Shown: positions 42,470-56,437, counted from the first letter of the whole stretch. The stretch: 62,270 nucleotides of DNA, filler included, from Dugesia japonica (GCA_001938525.1; 7 parts of 7 records of this genome joined end to end with filler, not necessarily neighbours in it), one strand, 5' to 3'. The notes: a model not told the origin generated them from the sequence alone. Translations and numbers: made by a program.

Positions 42470-43570
42470 AAATGTTTATTAATTTCCATTTGAAAAAATA
42501 CGGATTTCTTGAGTTAATGAAATCTTAGAATGTTGTTTCGATATCGAATTTATTTTTGAACATTTTATCCTTCAAAAAGTGATCAAGAAATTCAAAAAAA
42601 TCGAAATCTGTAGGTGATCATTGTATCTATTGTACATCTTAACTTTTGTAGTTTATGTACGATCGTTCATAAAACATAATAACTTGCGGTTTCATGAAAG
42701 ATTATTAAATACTTTCAATTGACTAAAGCCGACTGCTTTTGCTCTGATGTTCTATGCATTTCTTTCAACTCTCCATAGCATAATGTTGCATTGATTGCTT
42801 CGTCACGCTCTGTGTAATAAACGTGAATAACTCCAACAATGGACCACCATACAGTAAGCACAAACTTCTTCGGGTTGGAACTTCATTTTTGGGATTTATT
42901 AAGAGATTCATTAACTGTCCAATGTGCAGAACGTTTTCGGTTATTATAAACAATCCTCCTTTCATGATGCGATCCAAAAAAGGATAGGTTTAATATCTTC
43001 TGAAGATGGTCACTAGACCATGTTGGTAGCTTTAGTCTGCTTTTCAAGTAAATTTTCGTAAGATTATGTGACACCCAATTAAACGATTTCTTGATTTTGA
43101 CGATCAGTTTCAGATAATCGAAGGCAGTTGATTGCAAAACATGTATCATTGTTGCTATCTCTGACATACTTTGACTTTTAAAACGTCATCATCAATAGCG
43201 AAAAGTCGCCATATTCTTTCTTTATTTTTAAGAGACTCATTTATACTTTGGAACATATAGAACCATATCTGAGATGCAGTACCATTTCCTCAAACTCTGT
43301 TTACATTTTCAGTTGTTTCTGTTTCATTGTGACCGAGTTTAAATTCGTGAAATGTCATGGTAGGAAAAGCGGTAGATGTCCACGGTAACTAATTTGTTAA
43401 ATGACAACTAAATAGTAATTTAATCACCATACAAAACATTGCAATCTTTAGGAAACATGTTGTTAATTATATTAACATAAAAAAATCGAAATAGATATTC
43501 ATGAAATTCTGGATCAGTGAAAATCTACCAAACTGTTAAGAAACGCGTATTAAATCGACTATCTTATTAG
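42470..43570 (-). mobile_element. mariner remnant
   Basis: WVSHNLT (WVPHEL-like) and RIVYNNRKRSAHW motifs. Confidence 0.75.
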
Positions 43571-43773
43571 CTATCCTGATCTAAATAATATTTAAAAATT
43601 GAATAAATTTAAAGACTGTTTAAATTTTAATTTTTTCGTTTAGTTGAACTTTATGTTAAAAAGTGATAAAACTATCAAACAGTTTCAAATAAATTTTCTC
43701 ATAAACAATTTAAATTTTATTTTGTTTAAAATTTTTTCATTTTTTGTAAAAACAAACTAAAAATTAAAATAAC

Positions 43774-44005
43774 CTACGGCACCAAGTCTTAAATAAAGAT
43801 TTATTCCTTCATGATCTCGAACAATTGGATATTTCTCAAAACTTTGAGAGGCAATACTACTGACCTCTGATGAAGGATAGCTTGTTTTCAACGAATTTAA
43901 ATAATAATCGTCTGTTTGAATTGAAGTTATCGATAATTCATTTAGTGCTTGATTAACATTATTTAAATTGCTGCATCCTTCTTCAGATTTTAAATCAAAT
44001 GTAAC
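43774..44005 (-). CDS. otop: Otopetrin internal exon
   Basis: Open frame ending HEGINLYLRLGAV-G. The phase-1 donor joins the next exon to give YLRLGAVGFG. Confidence 0.9.
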
Positions 44006-44054
44006 CTAAAATATAGTAAAATTACAATACAAGAAATTTCAAGATATTTCAAAC

Positions 44055-44153
44055 TTTTGGTGAATCAGTTACATCCATGGTGTCATTTTTTAAAATTACT
44101 TCTGATTCCTTTCTATTTCTTCTATCATAATCACCATTCATTCCTTTTTAAAA
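44055..44153 (-). CDS. otop: Otopetrin exon, truncated by contig end
   Basis: Open frame GMNGDYDRRNRKESEVILKNDTMDVTDSPK, followed by a 49-nt GT-AG intron in phase 0. Confidence 0.7.
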
Positions 44154-44699
44154 NNNNNNNNNNNNNNNNNNNNNNNNNNNNNNNNNNNNNNNNNNNNTTA
44201 ATTAATTAANNNNNNNNNNNNNNNNNNNNNNNNNNNNNNNNNNNNNNNNNNNNAAAGGCGCGGGAAAAGGGAAAATTAAGACGAGAATTTTACAAACAAT
44301 AGCTCCAGTGAAAATTGAGTAAGACGTGGAAAGAAATTCGGAATGGTATAATAAGGAAGTTTCGAGGATACATAAACTGTTGTGTCACCCTGGGATAGAA
44401 AAATTGACAGATTACATTAAAAGACAATGGCCGAAGGCTAAATGGAGAGAGGAGATCAAAGAAATGATTTAAAGTTGCGAAAATTGTCAGAGAACAAAAA
44501 TTGGACGAGCGTAATAAAAGAAGGGATAGTGAAAAAAGAAACAAGTCCTCCAGCTGAAACACTGTGGATAGATATGTGGACCGTGGAGAGAAACATTAGG
44601 AAGGAAAAAATATATATGGGGTATGATAGATCAATATACCAAACGAATAGTCTTAGTAGCACTGTCTCGGCAGGACGAATTAACAGTACAACGAGCGAT

Positions 44700-44945
44700 T
44701 ATGAACCAGTGATGATTGAAGTGGGGTTGTCCGAGAATGATAAGAGCAGGTTGTGGCCAGATTTTTGAATCCAAATTTATAAAAGATCTTACATCAGATT
44801 TGGGGATGGAATTACAGACTTCGAGTCCGTATCAACACAAAACGAATTGCCAAATAGATCGGCAATAAAGAACGGTAAGAGAATGGATTAATGCAACTCT
44901 AAGAGAGAGAAGAACTTCAGATTGGGTCGAAATATTACCTTTTGG
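44700..44945 (+). pseudogene. Gypsy integrase fragment
   Basis: TSSPYQHKTNCQIDR...WINATL...DWVEILP. Confidence 0.7.
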
Positions 44946-45034
44946 TTTATAAACGCTTTGATACTTTTCTTGTTTTTGAAAATCGTTCCCGAGTAAATCC
45001 GTTTTTGGAGTAAATAAATAACTTGCATTCAAAT

Positions 45035-45720
45035 ATAGGATTTACGGTTGAAGAAAAGGTCAATTAAACGATTCCATTTCTTGATATGCTTATTCAAAGA
45101 AAGAATACCTCCTTTGAAACAGAAATATATAGAAAGAAACCTGATACCAGTTTGTTTAAAAATCCTGCCAGGTTTTGGAATTAAAATATAAAAGTAATAT
45201 TATTAAAGGACTAATTCATCGTCCTTGATTACTCTCTTCTACTTTAGAAGACAAGAGCCTAAATAAATTAATTGAATTATTTCATAATAATGGATATTAT
45301 AATATGTTCACAGAGAAATTAAAATATGAAACATTGAATAAAGTAAATAGTAATTTGTCTCGTGCTGACGTATGTGAGGTTATAGAAAAAAATCCTAAAA
45401 TTGTTTTTTCTTTACCTTATTCTGAAGGCTTTAAAAAATTTAAACTTTCAATTGAAAATGCTCTTAAGAATATTTGAAATAAAAAAATTTGTATCTCAAA
45501 CTCATAAGGTTATAAATAAGTTTAATAATAAATCTATAACCCCTTTAGGGTTGTGTTCTAATCTGGTCTATCAATTTAAATTTAATGGATGTAATGCTAA
45601 ATATATTGAATTGACATTCCATCATCTATTCACCAGAGTACAAGAGCCTAATAGAAATAATGGAAATAGTAATATTATTAAGCATCGTTGAAAATGTATA
45701 GTCAATAGGGTATAGTAAAT
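45035..45720 (+). mobile_element. Penelope-like RT C-terminus and GIY-YIG endonuclease remnant
   Basis: IPFLDMLI, EIYRKKPDT and NLVYQFKFNGCNAKYI. Confidence 0.8.
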
Positions 45721-45722
45721 AG

Positions 45723-45726
<4 letters not shown>

Positions 45727-45789
<63 letters not shown>

Positions 45790-45859
45790 NNNNNNNNNNN
45801 NNNNNNNNNNNNNNNNNNNNNNNNNNNNNNNNNNNNNNNNNNNNNNNNNNNNNNNNNNN

Positions 45860-45921
<62 letters not shown>
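45727..45921 (+). repeat. (AAT)n microsatellite; further arrays at 46665-46727 and 49492-49622
   Basis: Direct reading; each array runs into an assembly gap. Confidence 0.95.
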
Positions 45922-45922
<1 letters not shown>

Positions 45923-46663
45923 TTATTTTTTCATAGTAATATTTCTTAAATTATACCTTTAAATGCAATGATTCAATTTTGACTTTCTCTTCAACACCTT
46001 TGGATTTTTCAACTAATTTATTGTTATTTTTATCACCGGATAATTCTAGCGGAATTTTATCATGATTGTTCGATAACTTTTTTGGTCGACCTCTTGGCCT
46101 TTTATTATTTGAACAACGGGAATTAATACTTTTAACTCGATACGCAATTGGTTCAATTAATAATTTGGATTTTACTTCATTTTCCAAACAGTCAAACTTT
46201 GTTTGTTTTAATCGAATTGAAAAGCGATCGCCTTCTTTGATACGTGATCTTCTTATTTTTGCTGGAAAATGTCAAACATAAATATATTTTAGACTANNNN
46301 NNNNNNNNNNNNNNNNNNNNNNNNNNNNNNNNNNNNNNNNNNNNNNNNNNNNNNNNNNNNNNNNNNNNNNNNTTACTTTTCATCCAAAAACAGTAATTTT
46401 ATAATATCCTCTAATATCCGAATAATAAATTCACTAGTATATTGAATATTTAATAAAAAATAGACAATTTTCATTAGTATTTTAATTTTTAAAACCTAAT
46501 GAAATAAACAATATCCTATTTAACAAATGTTCATCACATTGATAAGATTACTGTACACTACAAAGGGATTACAGATAAAAAACTTGAAAGTATGTTATTT
46601 TCTACATTTGAATCGATTCTAATATTTTGTTGGAACTTGAGGATTTAAGAGCTATAAATATTC

Positions 46664-46727
<64 letters not shown>

Positions 46728-47934
46728 NNNNNNNNNNNNNNNNNNNNNNNNNNNNNNNNNNNNNNNNNNNNNNNNNNNNNNNNNNNNNNNNNNNNNNNNN
46801 NNNNNNNNNNNNNNNNNNNNNNNNNNNNNNNNNNNNNNNNNNNNNNNNNNNNNNNNNNNNNNNNNNNNNNNNNNNNNNNNNNNNNNNNNNNNNNAATAAA
46901 TTTTATTTTTGTATCTTATTATTTCTTAAATTATACCTTTAAATGTAATGATCCAATTTTGACATTCTGTTCAATAAAACTTTTTTGCAACTAAAGTTTT
47001 GTTATTTTTATCACCTTAGAATTTTGGTTGAATTTTATCATGACTGTTCGTTAATTTTTTCGGTCGACCTCTTCGCCTTTTATGTTAAAAGAGTAGCTAG
47101 ACTCTATTTTTAGCGGAGAGAAGAAAAGGATTTAATCAATACATATAAAAAACAATAGAGTATGTAATTTATGTATTTGAAAAAAACGCATTTCCCATTG
47201 CTGAATGAAGAGGATATCAACAAATAGAAGGTAATGCATTCATTTTTATAGAAATTATGGTGAAAAAGTGCGCGTTTAAAAGGAAGTTTTAAACAGTAAC
47301 TCTGCCGAACAGATTGGGCACCACTACTATAGAACTTAATAAACTGATTTAATAAGCCAAATAAACTGAAAAAACAATATTGCTTAATATTACTTAGCAC
47401 ATGAAACCAACTTCAACACAACTCTTACTGTGTTTCCTATATTATAAGTCTTTAATGCAACCATCCGGGTACAAAAATTTGCCTTCTAAATAAGTTTGGA
47501 AAAGAAAAGTACTACCAAAAAAAAATAAAAATTATCTTTTACTTTTAAAAATTTTAAAAATATTCTTTTCCATGGTACTTGTATATTTAAAAATCAAGAA
47601 GATTAATAATTTTTAAATAGAAAAAATATCAATTAACAAGCAGATTTTCAAAATTAGCCAAATGTTTATTTTTATATGTTTTTATTAATGTTCTAATATT
47701 AATGTTCAACATAAGAGAATTTTATATCTCTATGTAGGAAAAATATTCTCTGAAACATTTGTGTGTGCATTAATCTATCTCTACTCTTTGTGCGTTCATT
47801 AATCTATATGATTTACCTTAGTAGTAAATTTCTATATCTTGATTTGCGCTTGTTTGGGCCCNTGTTAATATTGCTTCTTCATTTTATTTAAATACTGGAT
47901 ATTAATTTTCTAAATATGTTTGTTTGCTTGTATG

Positions 47935-48900
47935 AACAGGGACAACAATCAGCAACTATGACATGGAAGAACTTAAGAAGACAATCACAGAAGTGATAAG
48001 ACAGTGTGAAGCGTGCTGAAAGAACAAAGTTAATACTGGGGCAACAAAAGTGACAACAGTAAAATTAAGCGCACATTGTCCATTTGAAAAGATATGGACA
48101 TTTGTGGGCCTTTTCGAGAGACTGTGAACAGACGAAGATATATATGTGGAATAATAGATCAATATAGTCGATATGTAAGCCTAACGGCAATCAGCAAGCA
48201 AGATGATGAGACAATTAAAAAAGTGATAATGGAAAAATGGATCCTGAGATTTGAAGCTCCGAGAGAAGTTCATGTGGACAGTGGTAAAACATTTGAATCG
48301 AAAAACTTCAGGAGTCTGGTGGAATCGATGAACATGAAAGTATATTTTTCAAGTCCATACCATCACAATACAAACGGGATAATAGAGAGACGATTCCGCA
48401 CAATCAGAGACTGTATTAACGCAGCCGCAGAGGAAGATAGAAGAAAGGATTGGAATAACAGAATACCGGAGATTGAATACATGATGAATGCGACAAGGCA
48501 AAAGATATTGGGGATATCACCAGCAGAATTAATATTTGGTAGGAGAATTCACAGAGAACAATGGTTCGACAGCCAAAAAGATGACAAAGAGTCGATGGAA
48601 GAAACACCTACAAAAAGACAATTTCAAGTGGGAGACGAAGTATTGATAAAACTAGAACAAAAGACAATGAAAGATATGCTGGCCCATAAAAGATAGCGTA
48701 GAAGGTTCATGAGAGAGGATATCGTATACGAAATGCAAATGGAAAATTGCTAGAAGGGAACGTAGAAAAACTTAAACAATTCTTTTAATCGAGGGGGATG
48801 TAAGTATTAAAAATTGAAATTGCAATTTAAAGTTTGAAAAAGAAAATGCTAAAAAAGATTTCAAGAATTTTTTAAAAATATTTAAACAACTTTGTTTAAA
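47935..48900 (+). mobile_element. Gypsy integrase, polypurine tract and start of 3' LTR
   Basis: CEAC zinc finger, MDICGP, HVDSG and SPYHHNTNGIIER. PPT GAGGGGGA is followed by TGTAAG at 48799. Confidence 0.92.
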
Positions 48901-50147
48901 TATTCAGCCTTTAAAAAATAGTTTTTTTAAGATTTGAAGATTTGAAATTTCATAGATAAAATTTTGTTGACTTTAATGGACTTTTCAGAAAGTTTATCAG
49001 TAACTAATAGAAATTTTAAAACAATAAACTTTTAAAACTTGACAATAATTACTCTAAAACATATAAAATCTGTTAAACGTTAATCTTATTCCAAATAATT
49101 AATTGTCGTCATTATGAACATTTAATAAAAAATAATATATCTATAAAATATCTAATCAGATAACATAATATGGTAAGCACGCACACACATTACATTGCAA
49201 ATTCACTGCATAATTATTTATTTATACTCATTGCAATTATAAAAATAAATAAATATTCATATTTTTAGTTTAATGTTATAAAAAAACATTAACAATGACA
49301 TTGTATATTCATACTTCAGAAGTAATTAAAATTATACATAAATTTATTTGTGAATTATGTTGGCGTCTGTGATAAAATATTTTAATATCAGGTCTAGACA
49401 ATAATAACAGAAGCAATTCATAAACTATCTAATATAAAACGAAACTGATAAAAATCAATACACAGAAAGTGTTATAATTGTAATAACTTCCAATAATAAT
49501 AATAATAATAATNNNNNNNNNNNNNNNNNNNNNNNNNNNNNNNNNNNNNNNNNNNNNNNNNNNNNNNNNNNNNNNNNNNNNNNNNNNNNNNNNNNNNNNN
49601 NNNNNNNNNTAATAATAATAATACATCCAATTAAAAAGTTATAATTAAAATTAAATTTTATTAATAATTTACTTTCTATAAAAAATATTCAAACTTGCAT
49701 TATTTTATTTTAAAGATTAATTAATAAGTTCTGAATGAAAACAAATTAATGTGAATTAGATATTATTAATAATTTTTAGATGAAGTATTTCCAATGTTGA
49801 AATTAACATTAAAATGTGAGTTGCACAAATATCAAATACGAAACAATTTATACAGATATCACGAATTATAATGTAGTATAATCTATTTATTATATTTATT
49901 GGATATTATTATTAAATTTATAGTGTGGTAATAAAATTGATATGTGCAGCATTGTTTTTTTCATTTTACCAAATAAAATTTGAACAAAATTCAGGTTATT
50001 AATTGGCAAATTNNNNNNNNNNNNNNNNNNNNNNNNNNNNNNNNNNNNNNNNNNNNNNNNNNGTTAAGTTGGAAATTTTTGAAAAAGAAGTAAAGATAAG
50101 TTTAAGCAAATAATGTAAATATCTAGTGCTTATGACAAATTGGATTA

Positions 50148-51303
50148 TTAGGTTGTAAAAATATAAAAGGCGGTTTTCGAAATTTTCGTGTTTTTATGAT
50201 TTTGTAAATAAAATTTTTTATTATTTTGAAGTGTGTTTTCCAATTAACGTAATATAATAAAAATTTTACTTTAGTTAATTATTGAAAGTTTTTACTAGTA
50301 TTTCTAGAAACCATTAATAATTAACAGATTAGGATAATTTTGCTATATCAATCGAAATATCAATCATTTATTTAACAAAGAAGCAACAAGTGAACGTACC
50401 ACTGAACGCTGAAATTTAAAACTGGAAATAAAAGTCTTGAAGATGAACAGAACTCTCCAATTGAATGAATTCGTCGAAACTGATCCGCGTACAACTGTTT
50501 GAGAACTTACTTGTGACCTAGAAGTATCACTCTGATCGTTTCCAATCATTTGAGAGAAATTTAGAAATCAAAGCAACTTAAGAAATGAATACCTCACGAA
50601 TTAACATAAATTCAAAAATATCGTCGTTTGGAGGTATCTTAAGCAGTTCTTTCACCCAACAAAACGCGTTTCTTGATAGGATTGATGCGTCCTACGAAAA
50701 GTGGATACTTTACGACAAACATCGACGTCTTTTGCAATGATTAGATCGAAATTAGGCTACTAAATATTTTTCTAAGCCAAAGCTGCGCCGACGGAAGGTT
50801 ATGATGACTGTTTAATGGTCTTCTACAGGTTTGGTCAATTACAACTTCTGGAAACAATTTTGATCAAACCGATGAAGTTAACAAGAAACTGAAGTTGGGC
50901 TACCGAGCCATTGTCAACAGAATGAAGCCACTATTTCTCCATAACAACGCCCGGCCACACCTCACACAATCTACACTACAAAATTTTAACCAGTTAGGCT
51001 ATAAAATTTTGCCTCGGCCTGTTTACTCACCATACCTCTCGCTTACTGATGATTTTTTCAAACATTTGAACAAGTTATTGAACGGGAAAATCTTAAACAA
51101 CCGAAATGATGTTATTAATGCCTTCAGAGATTTCATTGCATACAGAACTCCCGATTTCTATTCTATTTGGATAAATATACTTGTTGGTAGATATGTGTAC
51201 ATTGTTATGGGCTTTATTTTGATTAAAAAATTTTGGTTTAAGCTGAGATTTGTTCATTTAAAATTGAAGATTGAAAACCGCCATTTATTTATTTATAATC
51301 TAA
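50148..51303 (+). mobile_element. Near full-length mariner, inactivated
   Basis: TIRs with TA TSDs. Motifs EKWILYD, HNNARPH and YSPYLSLTD. Confidence 0.92.
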
Positions 51304-51379
51304 TACACTAATTCAAAAACTAGATGGAAAAAATGTCAGTTCATAAATTAAAATAATAGGCTTCGAATGAATACATTTA

Positions 51380-52740
51380 GAAAGTTGTCCTGTTCCGTTA
51401 TGCCTTCTTTGCAATAAAAAATGTATCAATGGCTCAAGCCAATTGAAACAACATTTTACAATAACCATCACTTAAACATGTAGAATTCCTAAAGACAATT
51501 AGACTCTCAAAATAACAAGAGTAAATTCATTGAGAAAACAAACGTACCAGTGAAAACATTCGATAATTATGTTATTTTGTAACAAAACATGTTCCCCAAA
51601 AAGAATTTTATACAACACGGGTGAATTTAAAAATACAAACATGTAGCATTATAGCTGTTAAAATGTTAGGACAACATGCAATACCATCAATCAAAAGTGT
51701 TTCCCTTTTCAAAAAGTACAATAAATCGATGTCCTGGTAATATGTTGCATGGTTTTGAAGATGTCTTATAAAATAAGTAATGAAATAATAATTTTTACTA
51801 TTCCGGTTGATGACAAAATATATCTTAACAATAAATTACATGTTGAAACTGTCAATAATAATGAATTTACAGAAATCGATTTCTTTTGCAAAGAAATACC
51901 TGGGGCCAGCAATGAAATAAAGAAATTTGATATTTAGATTTATTATTGAAAAGATCGTCAATGATTGGTTTCAAAGAGGCTTCTGTACTTCTGTACTTCT
52001 CATAAAATGAAATTCAAAAAAATGATTTTATTTCAGTCTCAGGATAAATAATTTTCGATGAAGCTACAAATATGATGAATTATAAACTTTAACTAATTCA
52101 CTCTAAAATTTTAACAAAAAAATTATGTGGAAATATAAAAAAAATTAAAGATTATGATTGAACTAAAATTTTAATGAAATATTTCCAAAAATTACTAAAA
52201 TAAATTTTACTAGGTTCTTTGAAGATTGAAAATGCTTGCAACTGAAAAGCCGATTCATAGTACTAAATAATGTATTACCATCAAACTATAAACTCTTGAA
52301 TACTTTTGGAAGAAAATATTAATTATTTCAATTAAAATTAGAGCTTAAAATGAATGATACCTTAAAAGTCTATGTACATCTGAAAATACTAGTAATCAAA
52401 ATTGAAAACTATTTTTTTGTAAAAAATTTAGTTTAAAATTTTGGAACGGAATAATGATCTGAACCTTTTATTTATTCTGAGAACCTGACAATCATTATAA
52501 ACTCAAGATAATATTTGTATATCTTTTCTTAAACAAATACTTGAATCCTGTGAAGATTAAGCGTTTTTTTTTATAAAAGCAGTCAAATAAATTCTAAATT
52601 TTTCAGCATATTAAAAACTTTCTCTTATTCAATAAGCTTCAAGAATAAAAGCAGAAACCATAATTTTACAATTTACGATGAAATTCGTATTTGATTATCT
52701 AAAATTCCATCCTAAATTAGATGTGTACCAAAAGACAAAG
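51380..52740 (+). pseudogene. hAT (Buster/ZBED-like) transposase remnant, highly decayed
   Basis: BED-finger relic PLCLLCNK...SSQLKQH and a C-terminal relic. Confidence 0.5.
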
Positions 52741-52888
52741 ACATATTTCTAATTATAGAATGATTGCTTATATTGATTTCAAAATAAAATTGATTGATAA
52801 ATAAAAAAAAATTTTGAAGTTTAATTAATATTCAAACTATTATTTTATTTTAAGAAACAATCAATTAGTCACGAATGACAAGCAATTA

Positions 52889-53069
52889 CCGTATTTTCCG
52901 GACCATAAGGCGCAGGTAGAAACCTTCGAGATATTGAAACCTGTTTTATTTTTTGACCACTTTTTGGTGTTATTAAAATAAAATGATTTCATTAATAAAA
53001 CTGACTGTAAGAAAAGATTGAATAGGCAAACTTTGTTATCAGGTGTGCCTTATAATCCAGAAATTGCGG
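52889..53069. mobile_element. pogo/Tigger-like MITE
   Basis: TIRs CCGTATTTTCCGGACCATAAGGCGCA and TGTGCCTTATAATCCAGAAATTGCGG, flanked by TA. Confidence 0.8.
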
Positions 53070-53657
53070 TAATGTGAATTAAATATCAATATTATAACAG
53101 TTGTTAAGCTGGGACTAGATAGTTCAATGATAAATATCGTTATTTTGTTATTATAGGGTTTTCGCAAATATAAGTAATTTTATAATTACAATTATTGTGA
53201 GAATAATTGTTGAACTTAATCATTGATCGCATTTGAGATTTCATTAAAATANNNNNNNNNNNNNNNNNNNNNNNNNNNNNNNNNNNNNNNNNNNNTTAAT
53301 TAATTAANNNNNNNNNNNNNNNNNNNNNNNNNNNNNNNNNNNNNNNNNNNNTATTCTTTTATTGATTTGCCACAAAAAAATTCCCCGAATCAATCTGTCT
53401 ATTTAATTTACCTCACAATTATGATCAGAACCCAATACAAAATCAGAACCATTTTACTATTTTCGAAATTTATTTCATTCATTATTATTTATTTTTATTN
53501 TGGTGGTATTGTTCTATGGCTCACTAATTTTTCGAAAATTTATTTGTTATTAGTAGATGAATAGGTAAGTATCAGACCAGTTGAGAATAAAACTTAATCT
53601 ATTCACATAACAAGCACGGTATTTTGTATATTACATAATCACTTTCATGAAATTTTA

Positions 53658-53773
53658 GGGGGTGCAGACATAATTTCCCCTTAGAAATATTTTCTTCTTG
53701 GAAATAATATCCCCTTGGAAATAATAAATAAAATAAATAATTATTTCCAAGAGGAAATTATTGCATTAACCCA
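53658..53773. repeat. Small inverted-repeat element
   Basis: ATAATTTCCCCTTAGAAATA / TATTTCCAAGAGGAAATTAT, plus internal CTTGGAAATAATA repeats. Confidence 0.6.
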
Positions 53774-54132
53774 ATTTTAGCATTATATAGAACGATACGT
53801 AATTGCTATGTTACATAATAAATATTTTTATTATCATTGTTTATCTTATTATATGATTATTTACAATTTTTTTATAACAACTATCAGAGATATATTATCT
53901 ATTAAATATATAACACCACAAGTAAATATTTCTTATTATTAAACGGGAACAAGCCAAAAAGCTAAATCAACGGAAAAGAATAGCAGGACCGTTATAATCA
54001 CCATTAACGAAATATGAAGTATGAAATCAACATTAGAAGAAAACGAAATAAAATCAAAGGTGAATGTGAAGTTTATAATTACAATTATTGTGAGAATAAT
54101 TGTTGGACTTAACCATTGATCGGATTTGAGAT

Positions 54133-54310
54133 TTCATTAAAATAAGATAAGGCTTCGATCAAAACAAAATTTATTTGTAAACAAAGTTCAAATTTTCGAC
54201 AATAGTCTTCTTTCAGGAAGAAGTCTCCTGAAGAAGACTAATGTCGAAAATTTGAACTTTGTTTACAAATAAATTTTGTTTTGATCGAAGCCTTATCTTA
54301 TTTTAATGAA
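54133..54310. repeat. Near-perfect 178-bp palindrome containing hammerhead cores
   Basis: ~85-bp arms differing at about 2 positions, with a 7-nt spacer. Confidence 0.95.
54221..54259 (+). ncRNA. Minimal type I hammerhead ribozyme (Penelope-type)
   Basis: AAGTCTC-CTGAAGA-A-GAC TAAT GTC-GAAA-ATTT-GAACTT: core boxes, stem II and an imperfect stem I. Confidence 0.6.
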
Positions 54311-56437
54311 TGTAAAGAACCGGGTAACATAAAAACCACTTACGCATGGAAATTAAGAACAATTAGTAATTTAATAATAAACAACGAAGAAAAGCGATAA
54401 GAAAAAATAATTAATTAGCAAAAGGAAATTAATTAATTTTAAAATAAAAAAGAAGAGAAATTAGTTAAAAATCTGTTTTATCAAGATAACTTTGTTCAAG
54501 GAAGTCGGAAAGAGCCCGGACAAGAAAAAATGAAGAGAGAACATCAAGATACAATTGAAATTACGAAGAGAAAAAACTTACCACCTTCCATAAGGGTACT
54601 GCAAGGTTTCCAAGATCCAGCCAATAAGAAACCTAAAAACAAAAATAGAACAAAGACACCAGTGTCAAGTGTCATGATAAAAATAACTACCAACGGAATC
54701 ACAGAAAAGTCTGTAAAATTCCAGAAAAGTAGCATCAATGCAAATAAAAACGGATTGTTTCAATTTAAAAATAACGGACCAATGTCAAACAAGTTGGGGT
54801 GTCTCAGAAACCCTATATAAAGGATCCCTGATTTCAACATTTTCATCTAAAAAATCAAGTTTCTAATAAAAAATTTTAACGATAAAATTTTTAACAGAAT
54901 ATAACTGTTCACCAAAGAAATTTCACCAGATAACAAGTTAGTACCTGGCCAGAAGAATTCGATTCCACCAGAATACGATTTAGTAAAAAACTTGATTAAT
55001 TAGATCACGATTAATTTTATTTCAAGAGTACCAAATCACCTCCGAAGAAATCTAATAATTCTAGTGTTGGAAATAGCGAGAACCGTTGTAGACAGCTTAT
55101 AAGAATAGTAAAAGTAAATTGTTATTTTTGATTATAAAAGTGATAAATTTGTTAATGTCGAATATTATTTAACTTAATAAAAGTAGTTTCTGTTATGCGA
55201 TTGGGCATTAATTTTTCTTTTAACTGATAATTTTAGAAAGCATTGGGAAATTGACCTCAAATCAAGCTAAGAATCCCTTTAAAAAATTATTGATTATTGC
55301 AAAGGCAAATATTTTTTTTTGTGGCGCACAAATAATAAAATATGGGAAAAATTGGTAATTTCAAAAGGCATGTTCTGGATTAACTAAAATTCGAGTATTC
55401 AGACAGGGTTTGATGGTTTTTGACAATTTTGCGTTACCCAGCTAGACTAAAATATCATAATAAAATAATCGAACAAATAAACCATTTCTAATTATTTATT
55501 AAAAAAAAACAGTAAATAGTAAAGCAACTCACCTCAATAAATTCCAATGAAATATGATCAAGAAGAATTGGCAATAAAATAAATTCCAAAATAATCATAG
55601 CATTCACTCTAAATCTCCTACTCATTATTGACAGCGGATTTTCAGAATCAGATGCTATAAGAGTAAAATTTTCCTTTAAGTCAATTAGGTACCATGTAAC
55701 ATATCTTACCCGTATGGTGAGAACTCCCAAGTAAAATTCAGCCAGATAAATTAATATTCATGCTAGTCGCAGTAGAGTGACTAATAGATATTCATTATTT
55801 AAATCAGATTATCTGCCCTACACACATACTTAAACTAACAGGCACACACTCCAACATGTAAAATCCAAATAGCTAATTTAAACAATGTTGCCACGCAACA
55901 ATAATAGGCAGAAATACAAAATCTCAAAAATAATAATTTTTAATTTGTTTTCTATGTTTTCTTCATGAATCTATTGATGAATAATAATATAGTAACAACT
56001 GTCGGGATCGGTATTACTAGAAGCTGGTCATGGTCCGCAATGATGGAGTTAGTAAATAAATAGGCATCGATTTATCATGATATTAAGAAAATTGAATTAA
56101 CATTTGGGTAGCCACTAATCAGGATCAGGATAGGGGTTAACCCCAGGGATATCAACCACGATATGGCCATGCTTTTATGCGTTAATGAGTAACTATATTG
56201 TGGATAAAAAGGGGGGAAATGAATTATTTGCGTTATGTGTTTTTGCGGTAAAATTAATTATTATGTTAAATACCCCTAATTCCATAACCAAAGTGCGATA
56301 ATCCTAGATAACTTACTTCCTTTAATGACTCCCGTTTCATGATACGACTCCTTAATTAAACCAAATGCTACAATAGTTTAATTCAGCAAGTAAATCAAGA
56401 GGCAAAGATCATAGTTAATCAGTTCATTTTTTTTAGT

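Noticed and set aside
46627-46899. Poly-Ile ORF and the X-filled ORFs in the track
   Set aside because: These are microsatellite and N-gap artefacts.
55695-55899. Short TGTAAC...GCAACA segment as a solo LTR or alternative left end of the cassette element
   Set aside because: There is no TSD and no second copy in the window.
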